From an uncultured Gammaproteobacteria bacterium (GTDB lineage Bacteria; Patescibacteriota; Microgenomatia; UBA8517): a stretch of DNA of 64,000 bases. Positions 45,082 through 55,816 of this stretch are shown in pieces. How positions within the stretch are numbered: the first letter of the stretch is position 1; every line of letters starts with the position of its first letter. A program made the translations under genes and the position numbers. Location: assembly GCA_964600575.1 (NCBI GenBank), contig CAZRJH010000005.1, positions 8,040 to 72,039 on the forward strand, written 5' to 3'. Below the pieces are notes generated by a model. It had not been told where the DNA came from. It saw nothing but the letters and a program-made list of their open reading frames with translations, and did no database searches.

Positions 45082-46773
45082 TTGCTCTCTTGTACAATAA
45101 GTTATATGTATTCGCTTTCATCTTCCGGCAGCGGCTCGTGGCTCTCCTGGTTTCTTAAAGGGTTACTCATTTTGTCTTTTTTGATTCTTACAACAAAACT
45201 TTTTGAGATACAGATAATAAAGGGTTCTTATTATCAGTCTTTAGCTAAGGAAAACAGAATAAGACATATCGCAATCCCGGCACCCCGGGGAACTATTTAT
45301 TCAAGAGACGGAGAAGTGTTGGCAGGCAATATTGCGGTTAAAAAGAAAATCAAATTTGATCCCACAAAAGGTTATAGTTTGGACAGTGACATTGCAGGGG
45401 CTCAAGGTGATGAGGTTGTAATTGATTATAAACGAACTTATCCTTTAGCCGAAAAATTTGCCCATGCATCTGGTTATATTGGTAAAGTAGACGAAAAAGA
45501 AGTGGGAACAATCAACCCCGGTTGCCCGGAAAAGGGAATACGTTTTTCAACAAGTTTTGTCGGTAAAAATGGAATAGAATTTCAATATGAATGTTTGCTG
45601 ACAGGAATAGACGGGGAAGAGTTGGTAGAGGTTGATACAAAAGGTAAAAAAATAAGGTCGCTAGGCAGAAAAGAACCCGTAAGCGGTACAAACATTCATC
45701 TTTCGATAGACTCAAATCTTCAAACGGAAGTTGCAAATAGTATGGAAGGCAAAAAAGGAGCGGTTATCGTCTCGGACACAAAGGGAAGTGTATTGGCTTA
45801 TTATTCGGGTCCGTCTTTTGATCCAAATCTTCTTATTCCTCAGGATAAAAATATCGACACCCAAACTGGAGAAGCAAACCAAGAAAAGTTAACATCGCTT
45901 TTTAAAGATCCCGACCTACCCTTTTTTAATAGAGTCATCGGTGGCACTTTTCATCCGGGCTCTGTTTATAAACCGTTGGTTGCCTTGGCTGCGTTACAGG
46001 AAAATGCCATAGATAAAGATTTTACATATGATGACCCCGGGGTTATAACCGTGAACGAATTTTCCTATAACAACTGGTACTTCACGGAATACGGAAGAAA
46101 AGAAGGCACAATAAATCTTGCAAGAGCAATTGCCAGGTCGACCGATACTTTCTTTTACAAAATGGGAGAAAAAACAGGGCCTAACGCAATCGCAGACTGG
46201 TCCAAAAAATTCGGACTAGATAAGATTACGGGCATCGATTTACCGGGAGAAGTTTCGGGTCTAATTCCAACACCCGAATGGAAAAAGAAGACAAAAAAGG
46301 AAAATTGGTTTTTGGGGAACACTTACCATATGTCTATCGGTCAAGGTGATGTTAGCTCTACTCCTATCGAGATCAATACTTACATTTCGGCAATTTCGGC
46401 GGACGGTCGTATCTGCACTCCTAAAATACTTCAGGGTGAAAGTGCATGTAAAACAGTCGAAGTTAAAAAAGAAAATTTGGATTTTGTTAAAGAAGGAATG
46501 CGCCAGGCTTGCGAACAGGGCGGAACCGCTTATACTTTTTTTGACTTTGCCGCCACCCACGGAGGAAACGAAGTGGGCTGTAAAACGGGTACTGCGGAGG
46601 TTGGAGTTACAGGCGAACCTCACGCTTGGTTTACCCTTTTTGCACCTTTAAACACGCCGCAGATAGTTGTTACAGTGTTAGTTGAGAAGGGCGGACAGGG
46701 TTCACAAGTTGCGGGCCCAATTGCCAGAAAAATAGTTGACTACTACTTTGCGGGCTCCAAAACTTCTCCCTAG
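45082..46773 (+). CDS. mrdA: penicillin-binding protein 2 (elongation-specific transpeptidase)
   Basis: N-terminal TM, SxxK at GSVYKP, SxN and KTG (CKTGTA) motifs; follows mreB. Confidence 0.85.
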   Translation: MLSCTISYMYSLSSSGSGSWLSWFLKGLLILSFLILTTKLFEIQIIKGSYYQSLAKENRIRHIAIPAPRGTIYSRDGEVLAGNIAVKKKIKFDPTKGYSLDSDIAGAQGDEVVIDYKRTYPLAEKFAHASGYIGKVDEKEVGTINPGCPEKGIRFSTSFVGKNGIEFQYECLLTGIDGEELVEVDTKGKKIRSLGRKEPVSGTNIHLSIDSNLQTEVANSMEGKKGAVIVSDTKGSVLAYYSGPSFDPNLLIPQDKNIDTQTGEANQEKLTSLFKDPDLPFFNRVIGGTFHPGSVYKPLVALAALQENAIDKDFTYDDPGVITVNEFSYNNWYFTEYGRKEGTINLARAIARSTDTFFYKMGEKTGPNAIADWSKKFGLDKITGIDLPGEVSGLIPTPEWKKKTKKENWFLGNTYHMSIGQGDVSSTPIEINTYISAISADGRICTPKILQGESACKTVEVKKENLDFVKEGMRQACEQGGTAYTFFDFAATHGGNEVGCKTGTAEVGVTGEPHAWFTLFAPLNTPQIVVTVLVEKGGQGSQVAGPIARKIVDYYFAGSKTSP

Positions 46774-46779
46774 TTAAAA

Positions 46780-47859
46780 ATGACGGAAAAAGAGTATTTG
46801 GTTTGTTTGTCTGCATTTTCTTATTTTGGTCCTAAAAGGGTCAAACTTCTTATTGGTTATTTTGGTAGTGCAAAAAAAGTTTGGCAAGCACGCATATCCG
46901 ACCTTAGTGGAGTCGGTTTGAAGTCGAAAGCGACCGAGTTTGATAAATTTAGGAACAATTTTGATGTAGACCGATATTTCAAAAAACTAAAAAAATTTGA
47001 AGTAAAAATTTTAACCCTTTCCGACAATGAATACCCCAAGAATTTAAAAGAAACCGAAGATGCACCACATGTGCTTTATGTCAGGGGAGAAATCACCCCC
47101 ACAGACAGTTCCGCAGTCGCAATCGTGGGGACGCGTATGATGACAAGTTATGGCCGCGAGGTTACAGAAAAGGTTGCAAGTGAATTCGCGGAATTCGGAG
47201 TTACGATTGTATCGGGTTTGGCGCTTGGTGTTGATGCGGCCGCCCAAAAAGCCGCCCTTAAAGCCGGCGGGCGTACTATTGCAGTTTTGGCAAGCGGCCT
47301 TGATATCATTAGCCCCTATTCCAATAAGTTTTTAGGAGAGGAAATATTAAAAGGTAATGGGGCAATTGTTTCGGAGCAACCTTTGGGACATTTACCTTTT
47401 AAACAAGATTTTGCCGTAAGAAACAGGCTGATATCGGGTTTGTCTAAGGCAGTTGTTGTTGTCGAAGGTAGAATGAAAAGCGGAACTTTTTACACTGTTA
47501 ACGCTGCAAACGAACAAGGCAGGCCTGTATTTGCAGTTCCCGGACCCGTCACATCTCCCGCATCGGAAGGGCCAAACTTTTTGATCCAAAACGGGGCAAA
47601 AATGGTTGTTTCTGCAAGGGATGTAATGGAGGAGTTGGACATACAGATAAAAGTCGATTCAACGGAGGTTTCCAGGCTAATGCCGGAAGATAAAAAAGAA
47701 GAAAAAATATATAAAATTTTGGAAACGGAACCCCTGCACCTTGACGAACTTGCTAGAATATTGGGTTTACCGACAGCCGAAGTGTCTGCTAGACTTACAA
47801 TCATGGAAATTAAGGGAACGGTTAAAAGTTTAGGTAAAGGAGTATACAAAAAAATTTAA
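46780..47859 (+). CDS. dprA: DNA processing protein DprA
   Basis: AIVGTR...GLALGVDAAAQKAAL...AVLASGLD Rossmann-like DprA core. Confidence 0.85.
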   Translation: MTEKEYLVCLSAFSYFGPKRVKLLIGYFGSAKKVWQARISDLSGVGLKSKATEFDKFRNNFDVDRYFKKLKKFEVKILTLSDNEYPKNLKETEDAPHVLYVRGEITPTDSSAVAIVGTRMMTSYGREVTEKVASEFAEFGVTIVSGLALGVDAAAQKAALKAGGRTIAVLASGLDIISPYSNKFLGEEILKGNGAIVSEQPLGHLPFKQDFAVRNRLISGLSKAVVVVEGRMKSGTFYTVNAANEQGRPVFAVPGPVTSPASEGPNFLIQNGAKMVVSARDVMEELDIQIKVDSTEVSRLMPEDKKEEKIYKILETEPLHLDELARILGLPTAEVSARLTIMEIKGTVKSLGKGVYKKI

Positions 47860-47861
47860 AA

Positions 47862-49796
47862 ATGGATCTTATTATTGTCGAGTCACCAACAAAAGCCAAA
47901 ACGCTTTCTAAATTTTTAGGAGACGGCTACCAAGTGGAAGCCACAATGGGTCATGTTAAAGACTTACCCAAAAGCAAGCTTGGTGTGGATATCGAGCATG
48001 ATTTTGAGCCTGACTATGTAGCCGTTCCAAAAAGAGCCGACACAATTAAACTTTTAAAAGCCAAAAGCGCCAAAGCAACTACTACTTATATAGCGTCCGA
48101 TCCTGACCGCGAAGGAGAGGCTATTGCTTCTCATGTTAGAGATGTCCTTTCTTCCAAAAACAAAATAGAAAGAATAACTTTCCACGAAATTACTAAAGAT
48201 GCGGTAGAAGAAGCACTGAAAAATCCAAGAAAGATAGACCAAAATCTTGTTGATGCCCAAACGGCAAGAAGAGTTTTGGACAGACTTGTGGGGTACAAGC
48301 TTTCCCCTTTGCTTTGGAAAAAGGTTAGACGCGGGCTTTCGGCGGGCCGTGTTCAGTCCGTAGCCGTACGTTTGATAGTAGAAAAAGAACGGGAAATAGA
48401 AAAGTTTAAGGCCGTCGAATACTGGGAAGTTTCGGTTGATGTTAAAAGAAAAAAAGACAAAGAAGAAGAGTTCAAAGTTTGGCTTATAAAAATCGGTGAT
48501 CAAAAAGCGGTAGTTGGGTCAAAAGCCGAAGCCGATAAAGTTTTGGCCGAACTGGAAAAAGAAAACTACTCCGTATCAGAAGTTAAAAAGAGAGAAGTTG
48601 TTAAAAAACCATACCCGCCGTTTACAACTTCTACAGTGACACAGGCCGCTGCAAGAGTGTTTGGTTGGTCATCCAAAAAAACAATGTCTATTGCTCAAAG
48701 ACTTTACGAAGAAGGCTTGATTACTTACCACAGAACCGATTCCCTCTCGCTTTCCAAAGCTGCGGTTGATGCTTGTAGAAGTTTGATTAAATCGGAATTC
48801 GGCGATAAATATTTGCCAGAGTCTCCGAGATTCTACAAAACACAATCAAAAGTTGCCCAGGAGGCCCACGAAGCAATCCGGCCAACCAATGTTTCCAATA
48901 GAGGGGAAAATGCGGGGGAGGCAGACTTTGTAAAACTTTACGAACTTGTCTGGAGAAGATTTGTTTCTTCGCAAATGAATTCCAGTGTTTACGACGAAAC
49001 TACTATAGATGTTGCGGCAGGGGTTTATACACTAAGAGCATCGGGACAAATTTTGAAGTTTGACGGGTGGCGAAAAGTTAGCCCGCCCAAAAAAGACGGC
49101 GAAGAAGTAATTCCTTTGCCTGATGTTTCGGTGGGCGAGGATTTGGCTAAATTAAAAGTTAACGGTGAGCAGAAGTTCACGGAACCCCCGGCAAGATTCA
49201 ACGAGGCTTCCCTTATTAAAACTTTGGAAAAATTAGGAATTGGTAGACCGTCTACCTATGCGCCTACTATTTCTACAATAATTGTCAGAAACTATGTGGA
49301 GAAAAACGACAGCAAGCAGTTTACTCCCACAACAATCGGAATAGCCGTTAATGATTTTTTGGTGGAAAACTTCCCCAATGTTTTTGATTACGAATTTACG
49401 GCGGGTATGGAAGGAAAGTTGGACGAGATTGCAAACGGAAAACTGGTTTGGGTAAAAGAAATTTCATCTTTTTGGAAACCTTTTGATAAAAAAATAGTTG
49501 ATGTAGAAAAAAATTCCAAACGAGTAAAGATCGAAGTAGAAAAATTAAATAAAGAATGCCCGGATTGTAAAGAAGGTGAGTTGGTAGTTAGAACGGGAAG
49601 ATTTGGTAAATTTATTTCATGCTCGCGTTTCCCGGATTGCAAACACACCGAAAAATATTTGGATAAAGCTGGAATGCTTTGTCCGGACTGCGGCAAGGGA
49701 GATGTTATTGTCAAAAAGACAGGCAAGGGAAGACATTTCTTTGGCTGTTCCCGTTACCCCGACTGTAAGTGGGCCTCCTGGCGTAAACCCCAATAA
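47862..49796 (+). CDS. topA: DNA topoisomerase I (short form, 644 aa, with C-terminal Zn ribbons)
   Basis: Toprim IIVESPTKAK, catalytic-Tyr region, C-terminal C4 ribbons (CPDCKEGE...C..C; CPDCGKGD...C..C). Confidence 0.9.
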   Translation: MDLIIVESPTKAKTLSKFLGDGYQVEATMGHVKDLPKSKLGVDIEHDFEPDYVAVPKRADTIKLLKAKSAKATTTYIASDPDREGEAIASHVRDVLSSKNKIERITFHEITKDAVEEALKNPRKIDQNLVDAQTARRVLDRLVGYKLSPLLWKKVRRGLSAGRVQSVAVRLIVEKEREIEKFKAVEYWEVSVDVKRKKDKEEEFKVWLIKIGDQKAVVGSKAEADKVLAELEKENYSVSEVKKREVVKKPYPPFTTSTVTQAAARVFGWSSKKTMSIAQRLYEEGLITYHRTDSLSLSKAAVDACRSLIKSEFGDKYLPESPRFYKTQSKVAQEAHEAIRPTNVSNRGENAGEADFVKLYELVWRRFVSSQMNSSVYDETTIDVAAGVYTLRASGQILKFDGWRKVSPPKKDGEEVIPLPDVSVGEDLAKLKVNGEQKFTEPPARFNEASLIKTLEKLGIGRPSTYAPTISTIIVRNYVEKNDSKQFTPTTIGIAVNDFLVENFPNVFDYEFTAGMEGKLDEIANGKLVWVKEISSFWKPFDKKIVDVEKNSKRVKIEVEKLNKECPDCKEGELVVRTGRFGKFISCSRFPDCKHTEKYLDKAGMLCPDCGKGDVIVKKTGKGRHFFGCSRYPDCKWASWRKPQ

Positions 49797-49811
49797 TGAC
49801 TATATAATGGT

Positions 49812-50807
49812 TTGATGAGAGTCAATTATTTAGTACTTTTCCCCAAAAAACAAAAAATTGAGGCGGGTGGCGAAAAAAACGAACGATTAATAAAACGGGC
49901 CCCTTATTTTTTAGATCTTGATATTGATATTCAAAAACTCACTCATCACAGCTTTAAAGTTTTGGATACAGAGGTAAAACAGGAAGTTTATTTATACGAC
50001 GACCTGGTTTTTGTTCTTCAGTTTGAATATGAAATAGGCCCCTCTCTTACCGAAGAAGTTTTTGAGCTCAAGAACAAATTGAACCTGGAGTTTAAGGACA
50101 TTGCTATATCCAACTTTGGGGCAGACCCCAATCTTGTCGAGGAATATACAATTCTATTGGAAGATAAGCCGGGAAAGATTAAAGAGTTTTTGGAGAAAAA
50201 CGAGTTCTCTTTAGCGAGATTTATTAGGTCGTTGGAGAAAAAAGTAAATAAAGCCGACGCGGAGGATATTTTGGTTTCGCAAGTAAGTTACTCCAAAGAA
50301 GATGTTGCAATTGTCGATTGGGAAGGGGCGATTCTTGCGGACCCGGAAGGAGACTTTGATTCACAAATTGAACTTCTTAAAATAGGTAACTATCAATTGG
50401 TACGGTATAGGATACTGGATCAAAAAATAGAAAAGAGCCTAGAAGATATAAGGCATGCGGTTAACGGCAAAGGCAAGAAAGTTTTGGGCAATGTTTTTGT
50501 CAGAAGCGCCATAGAAAATAAACTTTCGCTTCTTTTGGATTTTGACAAAGTAGATCAGTCAATTCTTTTGGTAGGTGATTGGTACTCGTCTAACTTGTAC
50601 AGGGCTATTATGCAGGAGTTTTATATCGATGATTGGCGTGATCTTATCAAAAACAAACTGGAAAATTTGGAAGCAATTGACGCAACAGCAAGAGAACATA
50701 TAGTTTTTGATTGGAATCGAATTTTGGATATTGTCCAGTTGGTGGGTTGGCTTGTCCTCTTGGTGGGTTACATCTATTTATACTTCAAGGACGCGGGTCT
50801 TTTTTAA
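49812..50807 (+). CDS. hypothetical protein with C-terminal TM helix
   Basis: 331-aa ORF; single C-terminal hydrophobic helix. Confidence 0.4.
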   Translation: MMRVNYLVLFPKKQKIEAGGEKNERLIKRAPYFLDLDIDIQKLTHHSFKVLDTEVKQEVYLYDDLVFVLQFEYEIGPSLTEEVFELKNKLNLEFKDIAISNFGADPNLVEEYTILLEDKPGKIKEFLEKNEFSLARFIRSLEKKVNKADAEDILVSQVSYSKEDVAIVDWEGAILADPEGDFDSQIELLKIGNYQLVRYRILDQKIEKSLEDIRHAVNGKGKKVLGNVFVRSAIENKLSLLLDFDKVDQSILLVGDWYSSNLYRAIMQEFYIDDWRDLIKNKLENLEAIDATAREHIVFDWNRILDIVQLVGWLVLLVGYIYLYFKDAGLF

Positions 50808-50852
50808 TGGTTATTGACAGGTAAGAAGGCCTGTTGATAAAAGTTATTTATT

Positions 50853-51809
50853 ATGTCCAAAGAAAACCAGATCGAGCTGTCGCGTGCAGAAACAAAAAGA
50901 GTGGTTAACCCCGGAGCAGAAAAGTGGTTAGGCCAACCAATTGAAGTTTTAGACAAAGGATATGTTTATTTAGTCGACTATATGGGTGACGATGCCGCGA
51001 TAGAACAGGCAGCAAGAACATCTTATGGCTACGGTACCAGGAGTGTTAATCAGACGGAAGGTCTTATTAGATATTTAAGACGCCATAGGCACTCTACCCC
51101 TTTTGAAATGGCGGAGATGAAATTTCATGTAAAAATGCCGATATCCGTTGCTAGGCAATGGGTGCGCCATAGAACCGCAAACATAAACGAATACTCCGCT
51201 AGATATTCGATCATTCCCGATGAATTTTATGTGCCTTCCGAGAATTCAATTGCTGTTCAATCAAAGGATAATCGCCAGGGAAGAGGAGAGTCTGTCGATT
51301 CCGAATATGCTGCGGAAGTTAAAGCAATATGGGAGAAAAACGGATATTCAAGTTATCAGGATTATATGTTTTTAATTAATGACGACGGGGAGGGTAACCC
51401 CATAGATCCCAACCGTCCCCAGGTTGCAAGGGAGCTTGCCAGAAATGTTTTACCCGTTGATTACTATACTCAGTGGTATTGGAAAACCGACCTTCACAAC
51501 TTGTTTCGCTTTTTGTCATTAAGGATGGATACCCACGCTCAATGGGAAATAAGGCAATATGCCGACTCAATGGCAAAAATAGTTTTGGATTCATACCCGC
51601 TATCTTATAAAGCATTTGAAGACTATGAACTTTTTTCGGTTAACTTTTCCAAGCCCGAACAAAATGTGCTTACAGAACTTTTGAAAACCAGTGGAATCAC
51701 TTTCTCATCGGAAGACGCCGAACAGATAGCGGCCAGTTTGGGGCTTAAGAACAAAAGAGAAAAATCGGAAATGTTGGATAAGTTTAGGAATTTAGGATTG
51801 ATTAAATAA
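50853..51809 (+). CDS. thyX: flavin-dependent thymidylate synthase ThyX
   Basis: ThyX signature RHRHSTPFEMAEMKF...S.RY (RHRX7S). Confidence 0.9.
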   Translation: MSKENQIELSRAETKRVVNPGAEKWLGQPIEVLDKGYVYLVDYMGDDAAIEQAARTSYGYGTRSVNQTEGLIRYLRRHRHSTPFEMAEMKFHVKMPISVARQWVRHRTANINEYSARYSIIPDEFYVPSENSIAVQSKDNRQGRGESVDSEYAAEVKAIWEKNGYSSYQDYMFLINDDGEGNPIDPNRPQVARELARNVLPVDYYTQWYWKTDLHNLFRFLSLRMDTHAQWEIRQYADSMAKIVLDSYPLSYKAFEDYELFSVNFSKPEQNVLTELLKTSGITFSSEDAEQIAASLGLKNKREKSEMLDKFRNLGLIK

Positions 51810-51810
51810 A

Positions 51811-52416
51811 ATGCCCGAACGTTACGCCGAAAAAAGAAGAGTTTTGCAACCCGAACTGATTGTCTATTGCGGCCCTATGTTTAGCGGCAAAAGTGACGAG
51901 CTAATACGTGAACTCAAAAGAGCTCCTCATGCAAAATACAATGTTATAGCTTTTAAGCCCGTTGTTGATAACAGAAGGGGTAGCGATACTATTAATTCTC
52001 AAAACGGAAGCGACTATCCTGCTATTTCCGTAGAAAACCCCGAAGACATCTTGGCAATGGTAGGGCCTGATATAGACATTGTAGGAATAGACGAAACGCA
52101 ATTTTTTGACAACAGAATCGTAAGTGTTGTTTTTAATCTTTTGGCGCGCGGTAAAAAGGTAATAGTTGCGGGGCTTGATAAAGATTTTAGAGGTGAACCG
52201 TTTGGCCCCATGGCGTTTTTTAAACAGGAGGCCGACCACACAGAATCCTTTCATGCATATTGTGCCGTTTGCGGGGAATCCGCATCTTTTACACAACGCC
52301 TTGTAAACGGTAAACCGGCAAAATATGACGATCCCGTAGTTGTTGTAGGGGCAGACGAAATGTATCAGGCCCGTTGCCGCACACATCACGAGGTTCCCGG
52401 AAAACCAAAAAAGTAA
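51811..52416 (+). CDS. tdk: thymidine kinase
   Basis: P-loop GPMFSGKSDELI and C-terminal Zn site CxxC...CxxC. Confidence 0.9.
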   Translation: MPERYAEKRRVLQPELIVYCGPMFSGKSDELIRELKRAPHAKYNVIAFKPVVDNRRGSDTINSQNGSDYPAISVENPEDILAMVGPDIDIVGIDETQFFDNRIVSVVFNLLARGKKVIVAGLDKDFRGEPFGPMAFFKQEADHTESFHAYCAVCGESASFTQRLVNGKPAKYDDPVVVVGADEMYQARCRTHHEVPGKPKK

Positions 52417-53072
52417 TGTCCAAAGAACTCAAAGAGTTTTTAGCAAATGAATCCTTTGTAATAGGAACGCTTGGAGCAATCGGAAGCGGCAAGTCTACTT
52501 TTTCCAAAGCACTGGCTGATAATCTGGAAGTTGCTCGTATAGAAGAAAACTTTCCTCTAAATCCTTTCTTGGCAGATTTTTACAAAGACCAAGTCGATTA
52601 TAGTTTTAAATCTCAACTATGGTTTCTAAAAAGCACTGTTGACCAGATGATGAATACTCCCGAATTCCATACAGGAAGCGCCGTAATACTGGACCCCGCT
52701 AACGAAATGAATTTTATATTCGCACAAACCCACAAGGATATGGGGTGGATGGACGAACGCGAGTTTGAAGTGTACTCCGAACTTTACAAAATCCTTTCCG
52801 AAAAAAGCGGAGTCAAAAAACCAGATCTTTATATTGCTATGAGTGCGGGTGCCGATCTTTTGATGAGTAGGATTGTGACAAGAGGAAGAGGATTCGAAGT
52901 GGGGATGCTTAGGAACAATCCTAAATATTTGGTAAAACTAAACGAGAACATCGCCCGTTTTGCGGCAGGTAAAAAGAATGTTTTATTTATAGATTCCGAA
53001 CACAATTATCAGAACCCCGACTCTTTACAGAGGGTTATGTTTACAATCGGAGAAAAAATAAAAAGTTTTTAA
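52416..53072 (+). CDS. deoxynucleoside kinase (dAK/dCK/dGK family)
   Basis: P-loop GAIGSGKST, ERS-like and LID regions; TAATG overlap with tdk. Confidence 0.75.
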   Translation: MSKELKEFLANESFVIGTLGAIGSGKSTFSKALADNLEVARIEENFPLNPFLADFYKDQVDYSFKSQLWFLKSTVDQMMNTPEFHTGSAVILDPANEMNFIFAQTHKDMGWMDEREFEVYSELYKILSEKSGVKKPDLYIAMSAGADLLMSRIVTRGRGFEVGMLRNNPKYLVKLNENIARFAAGKKNVLFIDSEHNYQNPDSLQRVMFTIGEKIKSF

Positions 53073-53113
53073 TTTCAACGGTTGTAAGTTTTATTTTTTT
53101 CATTTAATCTCTC

Positions 53114-53773
53114 TTGAAGATGGAAAGAGATAGAGGTAGATTTGTGGTATTCGAAGGTGTCGGAGGATGTGGAAAAGGAACTCAAATAGAAATAGCTAGG
53201 AATCTTCTTATAAAAAACGGCATAAATACAATATCTACTCGTGAACCCGGAGGAGTCGGCCCCAGCGAAGAAATAAGAAAACTTATTTTTGATCTTAAAG
53301 GTCAGGGCTTGATTGGAGCAGAAGGGCAGATGGTCATGTTTTTTACGGCACGCAAATTTTGGGTGGATCAGTTGGTAGCACCGAATATTGATTTGGGAGT
53401 TAATGTTTTGGGTGATAGAAGCTATGTTTCTACCGGTGCTTATCAGGGTTATGCCGAAGGCGGGGATATGAATAGAATTTTGAGAATTGCTGACTTTATA
53501 ATGGGAGACTACAAACCCGATGCTGTGGTATTGCTGGATATATCACCGACTACTTCTAAAACCAGACGCGGATCCGATACAAACGGAGATCCTTTTGACA
53601 GAGAAAACTTTGAATATTTAGAAAGACTTGTTGCGGGATATCGTGAGATGTCCAAAACTTCATGGGGAAATCTTAACTGGTTTATCGTAAACGGTGAACC
53701 AAACGCGGAGATTGTTTCGGATTCGATTGCTAAGACACTAGAAGACATCTTTGAAACAAAACTATCCAAATAG
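53114..53773 (+). CDS. tmk: thymidylate kinase
   Basis: FVVFEGVGGCGKGTQ P-loop, DRY-like motif. Confidence 0.9.
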   Translation: MKMERDRGRFVVFEGVGGCGKGTQIEIARNLLIKNGINTISTREPGGVGPSEEIRKLIFDLKGQGLIGAEGQMVMFFTARKFWVDQLVAPNIDLGVNVLGDRSYVSTGAYQGYAEGGDMNRILRIADFIMGDYKPDAVVLLDISPTTSKTRRGSDTNGDPFDRENFEYLERLVAGYREMSKTSWGNLNWFIVNGEPNAEIVSDSIAKTLEDIFETKLSK

Positions 53774-53794
53774 TGGTGTATAATTTAGCTTCAA

Positions 53795-55018
53795 ATGGAT
53801 AATGTTTTTGATTTAATTCAAAAAGAAGAGCTGCGGCAGGAAGAAACAGTCACTTTGATTCCTTCCGAAAATTATGTCTCTAAGGCGGTTAGACAAGCTC
53901 TTTCTTCTAAACTTGTGAATAAATATTCGGAAGGTTATTCGGGTAGAAGATATTACCAGGGAAACGGGGTAATCGATGAAGTGGAAAGCTTGGCAATAGA
54001 GAGGGCAAAGAAACTCTTTGGAACACCGCATGCTAATGTGCAACCGTATTCAGGGTCGCCGGCAAATTCAGCAGTCTACTTTGGTCTACTAAAACAGGGA
54101 GACACTCTAATGGGTTTAACACTTTCTTCGGGCGGGCATCTTACACACGGACACCCCAACATAACTCTTTCGGGAAAATATTTTAACTCCGTCCAATACG
54201 GTGTGGATAAAGACGGATACATCGATTACAAGGGTTTAGAAAAAGAGGCCCGAGAACTTAAACCTGCAATGATAGTTGCGGGGATAACGGCTTATTCCAG
54301 GGTGCTCGATTTTGAAAAGTTCGCGTACATTGCAGACTCTGTTGGTGCAATTTTACTTGCAGATATTTCTCATATTGCAGGACTTGTGGTTACAGGGGAG
54401 CATGTTTCGCCCGTTGAATATGCTCATGTAGTTACAACAACCACACACAAAACTTTACGCGGCCCAAGGGGAGCAATGATCATGGTAACCGATAAGGGGT
54501 TGGCAAAAGATCCCGACATGGCCAAAAAAATTGATAGAGCGGTTTTTCCGGGGCTTCAGGGCGGACCTCATGATAATCAAACAGCAGCAATTGCAGTTGC
54601 TCTGGAAGAAGCATCAAAGCCTGATTTTAAAAAATACGTCAAAGCCGTAAAAGAAAATGCTGACACCTTGGCCAAAGAGCTTTTATCCTACGGGTTCGAT
54701 GTGGTAACAGGGGGAACCGATAATCATCTTTTGCTATTGGACCTGCGGCCAAAAAATATTTTAGGAAAAGACGCCGCAATTAAGTTGGAAGATGCGGGCA
54801 TTGTTACAAATTACAACACAATTCCAAATGATCCAAACCCTCCCGCGAATCCGTCGGGATTAAGAATCGGTACTCCCGCGTTAACAACCAGAGGTATGGG
54901 TATTTCTGAAGTTAAACAAATAGCGGCTTGGATAAATAAGATTCTAAGCGGGCAAGCAGAAGCCTTGGAGGTTAAAAAAGAGGTCGAGTCGCTTTGCAAA
55001 CAGTTCCCAACCCCATGA
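53795..55018 (+). CDS. glyA: serine hydroxymethyltransferase
   Basis: VTTTTHKTLRGPRG PLP-lysine motif. Confidence 0.95.
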   Translation: MDNVFDLIQKEELRQEETVTLIPSENYVSKAVRQALSSKLVNKYSEGYSGRRYYQGNGVIDEVESLAIERAKKLFGTPHANVQPYSGSPANSAVYFGLLKQGDTLMGLTLSSGGHLTHGHPNITLSGKYFNSVQYGVDKDGYIDYKGLEKEARELKPAMIVAGITAYSRVLDFEKFAYIADSVGAILLADISHIAGLVVTGEHVSPVEYAHVVTTTTHKTLRGPRGAMIMVTDKGLAKDPDMAKKIDRAVFPGLQGGPHDNQTAAIAVALEEASKPDFKKYVKAVKENADTLAKELLSYGFDVVTGGTDNHLLLLDLRPKNILGKDAAIKLEDAGIVTNYNTIPNDPNPPANPSGLRIGTPALTTRGMGISEVKQIAAWINKILSGQAEALEVKKEVESLCKQFPTP

Positions 55019-55815
55019 TAATTTTTGACGGAAAATCATTTGCCGAGAAAAAAAGAGAAAGTTTAAAACCAAGAATAGAGGAGCTAAAACAAAAAGGAAT
55101 TAAACCAAAACTTGTTTCTGTTTTGGTGGGTGATAACCAAGGCAGTGTCTTTTATACAAATCTCAAGAAAAAAACAGCCGAAAGTCTGGGTATTATTTTT
55201 GAAATTGTTAACTTTGACGAGAATTCTAAAGTCGATTCAATTAAAAACAAAATTACGGAGCTAGGGGCCAATGATTCGGTTTACGGGATTATGGTGCAAA
55301 TGCCTTTGCCACAAAATTTGAAGGGTAATCAGGAAGAAATAATAAGCCTAATTTCTCCCAATAAAGATGTAGACGGACTTTTGCCAGACGGCCCTTTTTT
55401 GCATCCTACAGCCGCTGCAATTATTGCTGCCATAAACGAGAGCGGGAAAGATAAAAATTCGATAGTTGCGGTTATCGGGGCGACGGGAATGGTGGGCAGG
55501 TCGTTAACTAAAGAACTTAAAAAGCAAAACTACTCGGTAATAGAATGCAACAGCAAAACCCATGATTTGGGTGAAGAAACAAGAAAAGCGGACATAGTTG
55601 TTTCCGTAACGGGTAGGCAAGGAATTCTCAAAAAAGAAATGCTTAAAACGGGAGCGGCAGTTATTGATGTGGGTTATCCAAACCCCGATGCAAACATAAA
55701 TGTAAGGGAGGTTGCTTCTTTTATTACCCCGGTTCCCGGCGGGATAGGGCCTGTTACACTCGGGTCGTTAATGGAGAACTTGGTTTTGGCTTGCGAAAAT
55801 AGTTTAAGTCGTTAA
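55015..55815 (+). CDS. folD: bifunctional methylenetetrahydrofolate dehydrogenase/cyclohydrolase
   Basis: MIIFDGKSFAEKK..., GxSxxxGxP-like NAD(P) site; ATGA overlap with the glyA stop. Confidence 0.9.
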   Translation: MIIFDGKSFAEKKRESLKPRIEELKQKGIKPKLVSVLVGDNQGSVFYTNLKKKTAESLGIIFEIVNFDENSKVDSIKNKITELGANDSVYGIMVQMPLPQNLKGNQEEIISLISPNKDVDGLLPDGPFLHPTAAAIIAAINESGKDKNSIVAVIGATGMVGRSLTKELKKQNYSVIECNSKTHDLGEETRKADIVVSVTGRQGILKKEMLKTGAAVIDVGYPNPDANINVREVASFITPVPGGIGPVTLGSLMENLVLACENSLSR

Positions 55816-55816
55816 C

